Assembly: GCA_002269645.1 (NCBI GenBank) | Contig: NIVC01000262.1 | Coordinates: 1 to 64,000 of the forward strand | Direction of reading: 5' to 3' | Length of the DNA stretch: 64,000 nt | DNA from: Macrostomum lignano | Taxonomy: Eukaryota | Shown here: piece by piece, positions 1 to 10,700 of the stretch | Position numbering within the stretch: the first letter of the stretch is position 1 | Layout: each line of letters opens with the position of its first letter | Program-made: the position numbers and the translations under genes | Notes under the pieces: generated by a model | Told to the model about the DNA's origin: nothing | The model's database searches: none | The model's input: only the letters and a program-made list of their open reading frames with translations

Positions 1-3000
1 CAGGCAGTCATAGTCCCAGAAGGCAGCTACCATGGCCGTCAAAGGGTGTCGATGTTGCGCACAGCTCAAAGCATGGATATTCAGTTGAGTTTTAAAAAAA
101 TTAAGAAGCTATCCACTGCATCGAGGCCCTGTGTTGAGAACACGGAGCCTGTAACTTACAGAATGCCGTCTTGGAGCAGGCTAAAACCACGAGTTCTAAT
201 GAGTAAGCCTGGAAATATTACTTGGACATAAGTATGATCCTAAATTGCATTATCGTGACTTTCTATTTCAGGGAAAATATACGTTTACACTTCGTTAAGG
301 CAGCCTCGGAATGGTGGCAAAAAATTGCTGTTCTGCGAGCACAACTTGAAAAACAAAACGCGTTGAGGTGCGTGGCATACTGTACTCAAAATTTTAACTG
401 CCAACAGTTTAATCCTACGATATGAAATCTTTTACATTTGACTTTGTAGACCCCTGCAAGCAATGGATTGGCGCTACAATATCCCAAGCAAAGAAGACTA
501 CACAAACAAATTTACTGTGCAACATTTCGCTAAGGCATGTAACTGCTTGCCATCATTTCTGCCAATTGAAGTTGAGTTATTCTCGAACTATACCTTCTGC
601 TTTGACACCAATGACACGGGAACTGTGTCAAGGCTACGGGAATCATGCTACAGAGAGCAGTTATCGAAGCTGCTGCAGTACCAGTTCGAGGCGGCTAAGA
701 AAGCCTTGTCGCCGTGCGAGGAAACCGACTACGACATGCGGCTTATCTCCTACGCTTGGCCGGATCTAAGTGGCGCCAAGTCGATGGAGATTCTAAAGAA
801 GCTGGCGCACAATTTTGGCTTAGGAACAGAGTACAGTCGTCTTAGAGGAATAAGCAGCATCTACAGCACTTACTGGCGCTCTCTGGTCATGTTGGAAAGC
901 AATCTGACCGAGAGCAACTTGCACGATAGAATTAATTTTGAAAACGAGCTAAAATTTCTTCGAGACCGACTGGCTCAACTGACGGTTAAAGGATTGACGT
1001 CGTATGGTCAGGAAATTTCGGAAGAGGAGGCCTACCCCGCGAAAAATCTTCTGGCCGATATAGGAGGTAACTGCGTTTTTTGACTGTATGTTTTTGAATT
1101 ACTAAAGCCAATCAAGTCTAAAAACCTTACACACCGCAGCAACAGCCACTGCCACGAGAATTGCACCTAACCCACCCCATTCGCTCAGTCACTGGATGAG
1201 GAAGAACTTTTTTAATTTTTTTATTGCACACTAGTTCTCATCTTCTTCTCTCCTACTAATAGTAGGCTAGATTGTTAATTTAGGATTTTCTTTATTGATG
1301 ATTGCTTTTCTGCGTTAAGACTTCGTGTTGAGTCGAAGTGGCCTTTCTTTATTGAGAGGCAGGCCGGCGAAGCTGGAGGGATGAAAAGCAGCTCCTCTGC
1401 ATGTAAAAAGTCTGTTGTCCAGCGCTAGCTTTTCGAAAATGGCTTTGAAACTTGACTCCGCTTGCGAGCAACCCTGACAGTCTCCATGGCGTATTCTCAT
1501 GAGTATCTTCTGGGTGAACGGGTCTCTGTGTCCATTTACATGTATGTCAAAATTCTTTCGGGCTCGATCACCAGTGATTCGAATGCCTCGGCGTTGATGG
1601 TATCAGACGTTTCCTTGTCGTCTGCGAAATAGTTGTCGAAGCGGAGCCGATGTGGAGCGTCAGCGTGTGGAATATCGCAGCTTCTTGCACATACTCGATG
1701 TTCAAGAGTCAAAGTGCATGAGACGCATAGCCCAGCGCCCAATTCTCGACGATGTGTGCAAAGCTGTAGAGATGTCACAGCCAGAAGAGACGACTCAGTG
1801 GCTGAAAATCGTGCCTAACGGCCATGAAGGAAGTTTGATTTTTGAGCAATTTGATTTGGCGGCTGACAGTGTCCTCGAAACAAATATTTCGGGATATCTC
1901 TCCTATGTCACTACGCGGCGATTGAGCTCTTTGAGGCATCCTTTCTTAGAGTTAACTCTTTTGATAGGCTATAGGGCTTGCACTATATATTGCACTATTG
2001 GGACTTCAGCTTTGAGATTATCGAAAGCTCGAGAGCACTCATCGGTCCAGTCAAAGTTGATGTTAGATTTTTGCAGTTAATTAAGAGGAACAGTATTTTG
2101 AGCGAAGTTCGGAATCAGTCTCCTAAAGCAGTTGACCAGTCCCAAAAGCTGGCGAGCTCAGATTTGTTTGTCGGGGCAGAAACGTGTCTGACTTTTTTAT
2201 ACCAGCCGTTCATCTTGGCTGGATTCCGAATTTGAGATCGATCGGGCTTCACCAAGTGACTGCGACGCCATTTTAGTGTTTCTTTCTGTTTTACATTTGC
2301 GTTGAGTCGAAGGCCTTTCTGAATTGAGCATACCCTCTTAGGAAATTCAAAGCTTATTCCTAGTTAAATTCCTAGTCTAAATGTGAATATTAAAAGTTAA
2401 TTAAACTACGAATGAGAGAACGATTGTGTCCTAGTAAAGGTGACTGTTTGAATTAATAGCAATTTATCAAAGCTATACTTCTATTGTTTATTCTTACTAT
2501 TTTTATGGCAATTTATAAGAAAAATAATTCATTATCTTACTTAAATCTTACTCAATTGCTAAATTTATAATTGCCTATTTCGATCAATACTACTGAAAAA
2601 AAATTGTGTGCTACTAAACGTAGTAAATAAACACGAGTATGACTCCTAAATGTTGAACTTTGATTCATGCTCACCTGTTTTAGGGCGTCACAATTTTTCA
2701 CATTTTTCGATTTATTATCGTATATAGCTATCATTTCTCGCTCCAGAAAGTATAGATAGTTTGTCTTCTGTTTGTCTTCAACTACAACCTGAAATATAAT
2801 AAACCCGAATTATCATAAACCCGAAATATCACAACTTCGAAAGTTCTAGCAACGCCCAACACTATTTTGGTTTTCGAAGTGATGCTGTTTCGGGTTTATG
2901 ATAGAAAGCGCTTTTCGAAATTGTGATTTTTCGTGTTAATGATGGCGACCCCCCTCCCTGGGGCACATGTATGAGAGGTCGCCATGCAGGCGCAAAGGAT

Positions 3001-4198
3001 TTTGCGAGGTCTTGAAAGTCGAGCTAGTCATCCTGAGCTCGTCCAATAAGAAAATTCCACACTGAGTATAACAAATCGGCCCTTCTCACCTCTCGTTTAA
3101 ATGTGCTATTTTTGTGGAAGAACTTCAATTCCTATTGCTCCGATTCAGTTCCAAGCAAATAACTTTAAATTAAAGAGAAAGTCAAATTTCGATCATTTAA
3201 GTTTTCAAGTGCAACTCTTATCGCAATGCTAGACAAGATGAGTGGCCACTTTGCTGATCGAGGTTTTTCCAGTCCATTAGTCTATCGATCAAACAGGTAT
3301 TGGAAATCCCGAATACTTTCTGAGAATTTAGTTTTTTGATCATGTATTCAGACGACAGCGCAAGAACCCCACAAAAAGTCCCATCAGTCCGTGCTGCATG
3401 ATCAATACGATCTAATCCTAGCAGCGTCCGGCTTTATACATATCGGAGATGAACAGTTATAGCTATAAAAGACACTAGTTGGCAGGTACGTGTGCAGAAG
3501 CCGCAATTCTAGTCAAAAAACTGATTTAGAAAGTGCTGCTTCGTTAAGCCTGTTCAGCTTGTGATGGCGGATTAGCATAAATCCTGGGATTTGTTGTTTT
3601 CTACCCTACAAATTCCCCTACTAGTCTCTCGCTCTCCTCTCTTTTAGCCATATTGACCTATCATCTGACAGGAATGCAAGGCTAGCTAGAGTGCTCAGTG
3701 ATTCATTTCTGGACTCTGAGGACAGAAAAGTTTCCGATCAAAAAAGCTTAAGAAGCCCGAACCCATCAACTCTGGCTATGAAAAATCCCTTTTATTAATA
3801 TTGATTGGCTTGCTTTATTTTCTATGGCCCAGTAGAGTTTATGGCTGTCGCTGCCACTGCAGTGAATGGGGATCCTCGACCAGAGACTTTCATTCTTTCC
3901 TGGGGGTCTTTGACAACCTCAACTTCCACTAGATATGGGTCCCTCATTGGATTTGTGAAGGGCAGTGCCCCCCATTTTATGAAGGTTTGCACAGTTTAAT
4001 AAATGCATGTACACCTATTATATAAACTTTCTTTTTTCAGGAGCTCTAGGCCTATGGAGCGGAATATTTGTTCTGACAATCTGCGAGCTGCTTGAGTTCT
4101 TTTACTACATCAGCATCGGCTTGGCGCTGAGTCTGCGACATCGACGCGATTCACTCCGAAGGGACAGTGTGGCCAGGGAAATTGAGACCCATGCTTAA
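1..4198 (+). CDS. DEG/ENaC (amiloride-sensitive sodium channel family) subunit, 5'-truncated by the window; join(<1..202, 304..367 [or 272..367], 450..1066, 4041..4198)
   Basis: Thumb cysteines (ACNC, FC, SCY, SPCEE), SxxxWP motif, pre-TM2 EEEAYPAKNLLADIGG. Donor G|GTAACT at 1067 joins acceptor TTTTTTCAG| at 4040 in phase 1 to give DIGGALGLWSGIFVLTICELLE (TM2). Stop at 4196-4198. The small exon near 272-367 is not resolved. Confidence 0.9.
450..1066 (+). CDS. DEG/ENaC exon (thumb to pre-TM2)
   Basis: Acceptor TTTGTAG| at 449; frame of ORF 463..1083; donor GT at 1067. Confidence 0.88.
1345..2200 (-). mobile_element. Decayed Ty3/Gypsy LTR-retrotransposon pol fragment (RT thumb, RNase H, linker) inside the ENaC intron
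   Basis: Manual minus-strand translation across frameshifts and stops gives PTNKSELASF/LGLVNCFRRLIPNFA, PLN*LQKSNINFDWTDECSRAFDNLKAE, LTLRKDASKSSIAA, IFVSRTLSAA, SRIGRWAMRLMHFD, IEYV, IPHADA and RIRHGDCQGCSQAE. These follow the canonical Gypsy motif order. Confidence 0.85.
2780..2943. repeat. Small foldback/MITE-like inverted repeat
   Basis: TATCATAAACCCGAAA (about 2810) and TTTCGGGTTTATGATA (about 2888) are exact reverse complements; the arms are internally repetitive. Confidence 0.65.
4041..4198 (+). CDS. DEG/ENaC last coding exon (TM2 and short C-tail)
   Basis: Acceptor at 4040; encodes ALGLWSGIFVLTICELLEFFYY; TAA at 4196-4198. Confidence 0.9.
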
Positions 4199-4370
4199 GG
4201 ACTTCATGTGAAAGCGCAAGACATGGTAAAAATTTTGCTTTAGCTAAGTCGGTTTTTTGCTTAAAATGCATTAGTGAATTCGTATTTTTCTGCTTCTTTG
4301 GACCAACTGGACAGTATATCTCACCTTCAAGACTTCTTACAGTACTATTATTTTTATTGTTATTATAGCT

Positions 4371-4778
4371 TTTGTCATGCTGTCTCGGCCTGGGGACATC
4401 CAAACTCAGCCAGCCCCATTCCGCAATGCGTTTTTTGGCTCGAGCTAGTCGAGTTTTGCCATAGACGTGCTTCTTGGGGCCATGCTATCTCAGCCTGGGA
4501 CATGCAATCTCAGCCAATATAGATTTCAATTGCAAACAGATCTCAATGCTATCATTTCTGTAACGTGACATGAAATGGCAACAAACAGCAATGAATGAAC
4601 GCAGCAAGAAAAGTCAGTAAGAATCTGAAAAGTGGCTGAGATTGCATGTCCCAGGCTGAGATAGCATGGCCTTAAGAAGCATGTCTATGGTAAAACTTGA
4701 CTGGCTTACGTAAAAAATCGCACTGTTGAGATGGGCTGGCTGAGTTTGGATGTCTCTGGGCTGGGATGGCATGACAAA
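4371..4778. repeat. Foldback element with about 146-bp inverted arms (4371-4516 / 4633-4778)
   Basis: The inner arms are exact reverse complements (GCCATGCTATCTCAGCCTGGGACATGCAATCTCAGCCA vs TGGCTGAGATTGCATGTCCCAGGCTGAGATAGCATGGC). The outer arms differ mostly by transitions. Confidence 0.85.
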
Positions 4779-7077
4779 TACTATATTATTATTATTATTA
4801 TTATTACTAGTATTATTATCAGTATTATTATTAGGTAAAACGCGCACACTATTCAACGTTAAGCAAAACGTTTTTCTTGGTGAGATTTTTTAGAAAACAA
4901 TTACTGTATATTTCCGTTTTCTGGTTCTCAATAGCAATAACATTATTTTTTTTTAAATTCATCTGCGTTAAGTTTTAATATAATACATTTTAGACTGCTT
5001 GGCCCGCTACATATATTCAAATCAAATGTTCAGAACGTACATGTAAGTTACTCTCTGTGCTAAGAGTAACATTTTCTATCGAGTTAACTCATTTAAGGAT
5101 TGGCGATTTTAGCGTAACAGCACACATAAAACATCCAAAAAAGTTAACTAACTACAAGTAGCTACGGGCGCTCGTAATATAAGTGATTTATGTACCTAGC
5201 TTACGTAGATATAGTAGGAATACTTGATTTAAAATTAAACGAAAAATTTAAGTAAGTTGTATAGTTCCATTGTACGTGTTATTTTGTAAAAGTAGAACAT
5301 TCAGTTGAAATTTCAGTGATGCCAAATATATGCCATAATTATATATACTAATAGCTATACAAATATTTGTATGCTTTTTATCGCTAATATCTATTTTTTA
5401 GCTTTTCTAAACACGAAGATAAGAAATGACAAGAATATCTAAATCAAAACGATTATACACGTACAACACAAAAAAATTAATGATTCTTGATTCCGAACAA
5501 CATAGTGCTCTTCTACAGAAACGACTACATCGTTTGTTTAAGATTGATTAATTGTCTTTTCTGTTTTTCGGAAATAATTTCGACTTTTTTGTCGCAATTT
5601 ATGAAAAATTAGCGTTTGTATGGTAATTAGCAATTTTCTTTTATATAGAAGTTTGGGATTACGAGTCACGGCTTAAAAGGTAATATACATGTACGTCGTG
5701 TAACGATGGCAACAATGCTGCACGAAAACTAAAAAGAATCTGCGCTAATGTAGGTCACATTGAAGTCAATCTTGAACAAAAACATAATACACAAACTTTC
5801 TTTGTTGAGGACAAGATGCAATATACTCGTAGATCGATTCGGACGAAAAAATATACATGCATTACAACGCAAAAGTATAACGAAACTTGTCCTTACTTGA
5901 ATATGCAAGGGATTTTTTGTGGGGTTTTCTAGCTTATTGTCAAAGCCAATAGAGAGGAGGCGCAACCTCCCAACCTTGGTCGTGGCTGCGCCACGTGACT
6001 GAATTAAAACACTGCGCTACTGAACGGAACATTAAATTAAATTATTATCAAGAGTTAACACTAATATAATTTTAGCAGAACAGGACTTGGAACGAAAAAT
6101 ACATGATAAATTGTCACCGAAGATATATATTTACTACTACGAGTAATTTGGTCAGATCGACAAAAAAACGAAATATTAGCATACATGTACATGTACTCGT
6201 ATATATAAGAAAAAGTATTTTTGTTTACTGATTATATCATCTTAAAAAAATTGTAGCACAATTCAAAAAGGAAAACAACGCGAATTTTTGATTCAATGGT
6301 GCATTTCGATGAAAAAAACAAGATTACAGAACCAAGACTATTCAACGGTGACTATTCTTTTTGCTTTTCGGCTTGAGTGATAAATAGCAAGTAACTTCAA
6401 CGGGAGTGAAAAGAAACTTTACAGGAATTTCAAGGTTTAGATAATTTTTTTTGTATTTTTTTGAACTGCTAACTGATAAATTGCAAATTTTTCGCCCGTT
6501 GGATTCTAATAGCTTTACGACCCTCTATATTAAAACCATGTAATTTCATTTAAACAAATAATTTTACTAGAAAAGCATCGTAAAAATATCGAATATTCAG
6601 TTTTCATTGCACAAAATTGTAAATACTACAATACGTTAGCATCGAAAATATAAAATTCATGCTGATTTCAACTTTTAAAAAACAGAACTTGGAGATCGAG
6701 AATCTGATTGTTTTTAGTGCACGAAGAGTGGTTTTATCATAAAGAAACTTTTTTTGGAAAATATTCTTTGAAAAAATATCGATTTTGAAATTTATATATA
6801 CAGTCCCAGGAACTATAGAAACTGGCAAAAATTTTGCTTGAAATTTCATTGTTTGTTATACATTGTATAGTAAGCCTTTACCAAAAATTCAAATTCAATA
6901 AACGTGACATTTTCTATGATCATTGAATGTCAAAAGATAAGCTGAGAACACTAAATTGCCGAGTTTAGAGCGGAAATGGAGAGAAATGTATCTCGTCAGT
7001 TTCAAAGTAAAATGAATTATTGCAAATTTGAAGTGCTACATGTATGTAGAAACATGCGGTCCTTGTTCCTGCACACC

Positions 7078-7700
7078 TCAGTCTGGTCCGCTAGTAGCTC
7101 TCTCATTCCTCAGCTTCATCACCAAATTAACCGGCTGCTGGCGATAACCAACTGCTACCAGATCGTTGATCTCTTCGTGCTGCCCAAGACTCTTGCAGCA
7201 GCAGCAGCAGCAGCGGTCAAAACAGCGTGACAAAGGTGTCGGCCAGCGGCTCTGATAAGCCCCGTAGATTACCGGATTCACAGCGCTGGTAGACATGCCG
7301 AAAAAGAACACTCCGTTTGAAATCAGTTCCACCGCGTCGTTGTACCGACCTCCGCTAAGCCGGTTAGCGCACGCAAATATGTACAGGCCCCAGTAGGGCA
7401 GCCAGAGCAGTAGGAATGTCAAAATGATGACGGAGAACATTCGAAAGCTGCGCAGTTTTGCGCGAAGTAAAAATGCCTGACGATAGCTGGCGATGAAGTT
7501 GCCGGCTTGGTTTAATTGCATCTCGTAGCTCGGTGGCGACTGGGTCTGAAGTTGAGACCGCTGCTGCTGCTGCTGCCGCTGTTTTGGATGATGATGATTA
7601 TTTAAGAAGTCGGTGCCGAGTGTCGGCGAGCTGGGTTCGGGCTGCAGCGGCTGCTGCTGCTGTTGCTGTTGGTAACCGTTCAGACTTTCAGCATCCGTGG
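7078..7700 (-). CDS. GPCR exon 4 (ICL3 with poly-Q, TM6, TM7, C-tail)
   Basis: Acceptor TTCTTCTGCGTCACTTCAG| at 7701; frame of ORF 7078..7770. Confidence 0.9.
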
Positions 7701-10700
7701 CTGAAGTGACGCAGAAGAAAATTAGACTCTCAAGGTGAGATTCTTGGGTTTGACCCGTTTGAGATAGCAATTAGAGTCGGTCTCACAAAGACTCTCAGGG
7801 TGAGATTCTATGGTATGCGATAGCAACTAGAGTCGGTCTCACAAAGAGTCTCAGGGTGAGATTCTAGGGTCTGAGATAGCAATTAGAGTCTTATTAAACT
7901 CTCAGGGTGAGATTCTAGGGTTGGAGATCGGTCAGTCTATAGGGACTGGCTAAATTCTTCCTAATGCTGGCTAGTTGCAGTCGGAAGATTAAATTTAAAA
8001 TTTGGAGAAAAATTGCTTTGATAATCAACCTCAGAAAAAATCTCTCATTTGAGGGCTTGATTTATCAAAAATATTAAAAAACGGCTTGGAAATGAATTCG
8101 ATGGTGCTATAGCTGCACAATGAGATTTGACTCATTGAAATTTACATACTCCATTGTTTCCGAGAGTAGATTTTATCACGAATTTGCTGAAGGCAGCATG
8201 CGAGCGTACAAAATGGACATTTGCATTTGCAAACTGGACTGCTTGTTGTAATATTGGAATAAAACACTCTCCTGTCAGGCACAGGAGGGTGTTCTACAGG
8301 AGGGTGTTACACAGGAGGGTGTTACACAGGAGGGTGTTACACAAAAGGGTGTTGTTACACAGCGATAGGCTATAGTGATTATAGTTAAAGAGTCAATGTA
8401 AACTAGCTTTCACTAAAAGTGCAAAGAAAGCTTTGAAGTTGTACAATCTATTCAAAAAGTCGTATAGAGGTTATAACCTACATTGCAGAGTCAAAATACA
8501 TGTAATTCGATCCCCATAGCAGAATCCATCCACTTAATGAAAGGATTAGCTAGACTCGAATTACACATAGGCAACAAGTCCATAGTTTCAATGCGAACGG
8601 AAGTGAGCTTATAAGATAAAGCTTATAATTATTATATTATTATTATTTTGGTGAAGAGCGGTTGAAACTGCATATTTAAAGATTACAAGTTCCTCTCTGG
8701 TTAAGTTCATTATATATACGCGCTCGTAGGTATATTTCCACCATTCCGCTATCTCTCATCTCTGCCTCTCTCATCTCTGCCTCTCTCATCCATCCTCTCT
8801 CATCTCTGCCTCTCTCATCTCTGCCTCTCTCATCCATCCTCTCTCATCTCTGCCTCTCTCATCTCTGCCTCTCTCATCCATCCTCTCTCATCTCTGCCTC
8901 TCTCATCTCTGCCTCTCTCATCCATCCTCTCTCATCTCTGCCTCTCTCATCTCTGCCTCTCTCATCCATCCTCTCTCATCTCTGCCTCTCTCATCTCTGC
9001 CTCTCTCATCCATCCTCTCTCATCTCTGCCTCTCTCATCTCTGCCTCTCTCATCCATCCTCTCTCATCTCTGCCTCTCTCATCTCTGCCTCTCTCATCCA
9101 TCCTCTCTCATCTCTGCCTCTCTCATCTCTGCCTCTCTCATCCATCCTCTCTCATCTCTGCCTCTCTCATCTCTGCCTCTCTCATCCATCCTCTCTCATC
9201 TCTGCCTCTCTCATCTCTGCCTCTCTCATCCATCCTCTCTCATCTCTGCCTCTCTCATCTCTGCCTCTCTCATCCATCCTCTCTCATCTCTGCCTCTCTC
9301 ATCTCTGCCTCTCTCATCCATCCTCTCTCATCTCTGCCTCTCTCATCTCTGCCTCTCTCATCCATCCTCTCTCATCTCTGCCTCTCTCATCTCTGCCTCT
9401 CTCATCCATCCTCTCTCATCTCTGCCTCTCTCATCTCTGCCTCTCTCATCCATCCTCTCTCATCTCTGCCTCTCTCATCTCTGCCTCTCTCATCCATCCT
9501 CTCTCATCTCTGCCTCTCTCATCTCTGCCTCTCTCATCCATCCTCTCTCATCTCTGCCTCTCTCATCTCTGCCTCTCTCATCCATCCTCTCTCATCTCTG
9601 CCTCTCTCATCTCTGCCTCTCTCATCCATCCTCTCTCATCTCTGCCTCTCTCATCTCTGCCTCTCTCATCCATCCTCTCTCATCTCTGCCTCTCTCATCT
9701 CTGCCTCTCTCATCCATCCTCTCTCATCTCTGCCTCTCTCATCTCTGCCTCTCTCATCCATCCTCTCTCATCTCTGCCTCTCTCATCTCTGCCTCTCTCA
9801 TCCATCCTCTCTCATCTCTGCCTCTCTCATCTCTGCCTCTCTCATCCATCCTCTCTCATCTCTGCCTCTCTCATCTCTGCCTCTCTCATCCATCCTCTCT
9901 CATCTCTGCCTCTCTCATCTCTGCCTCTCTCATCCATCCTCTCTCATCTCTGCCTCTCTCATCTCTGCCTCTCTCATCCATCCTCTCTCATCTCTGCCTC
10001 TCTCATCTCTGCCTCTCTCATCCATCCTCTCTCATCTCTGCCTCTCTCATCTCTGCCTCTCTCATCCATCCTCTCTCATCTCTGCCTCTCTCATCTCTGC
10101 CTCTCTCATCCATCCTCTCTCATCTCTGCCTCTCTCATCTCTGCCTCTCTCATCCATCCTCTCTCATCTCTGCCTCTCTCATCTCTGCCTCTCTCATCTC
10201 CGCCTCTCTCATCTCTGCCTCTCTCATCCAATCCTCTCTCATCTCTGCCTTTCATCTCTGCCTCTCTCATCCATCCTCTCTCATCTCTGCCTCTCTCATC
10301 TCTGCCTCTCTCATCTCTGCCTCTCTCATCCATCCTCTCTCATCTCTGCCTCTCTCATCTCTGCCTCTCTCATCTCCGCCTCTCTCATCTCTGCCTCTCT
10401 CATCCAATCCTCTCTCATCTCTGCCTTTCATCTCTGCCTCTCTCATCCATCCTCTCTCATCTCTGCCTCTCTCATCTCTGCCTCTCTCATCTCTGCCTCT
10501 CTCATCTCTGCCTCTATCATCTCTGCCTCTCTCATCTCTGCCTCTCTCATCTCTGCCTCTCTCATCCATCCTCTCTTATCTCTGCCTCTCTCATCCATCC
10601 TCTCTCATCTCTGCCTCTCTCATCTCTGCCTCTCTCATCTCTGCCTCTCTCATATCTGCCCCTCTCATCTCTGCCTCTCTCATATCTGCCCCTCTCATAT

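Noticed and set aside
151-161. 11-nt GT...AG segment whose removal would fix the ENaC exon phase
   Set aside because: Shorter than any known spliceosomal intron; an acceptor at 303 solves the phase conventionally.
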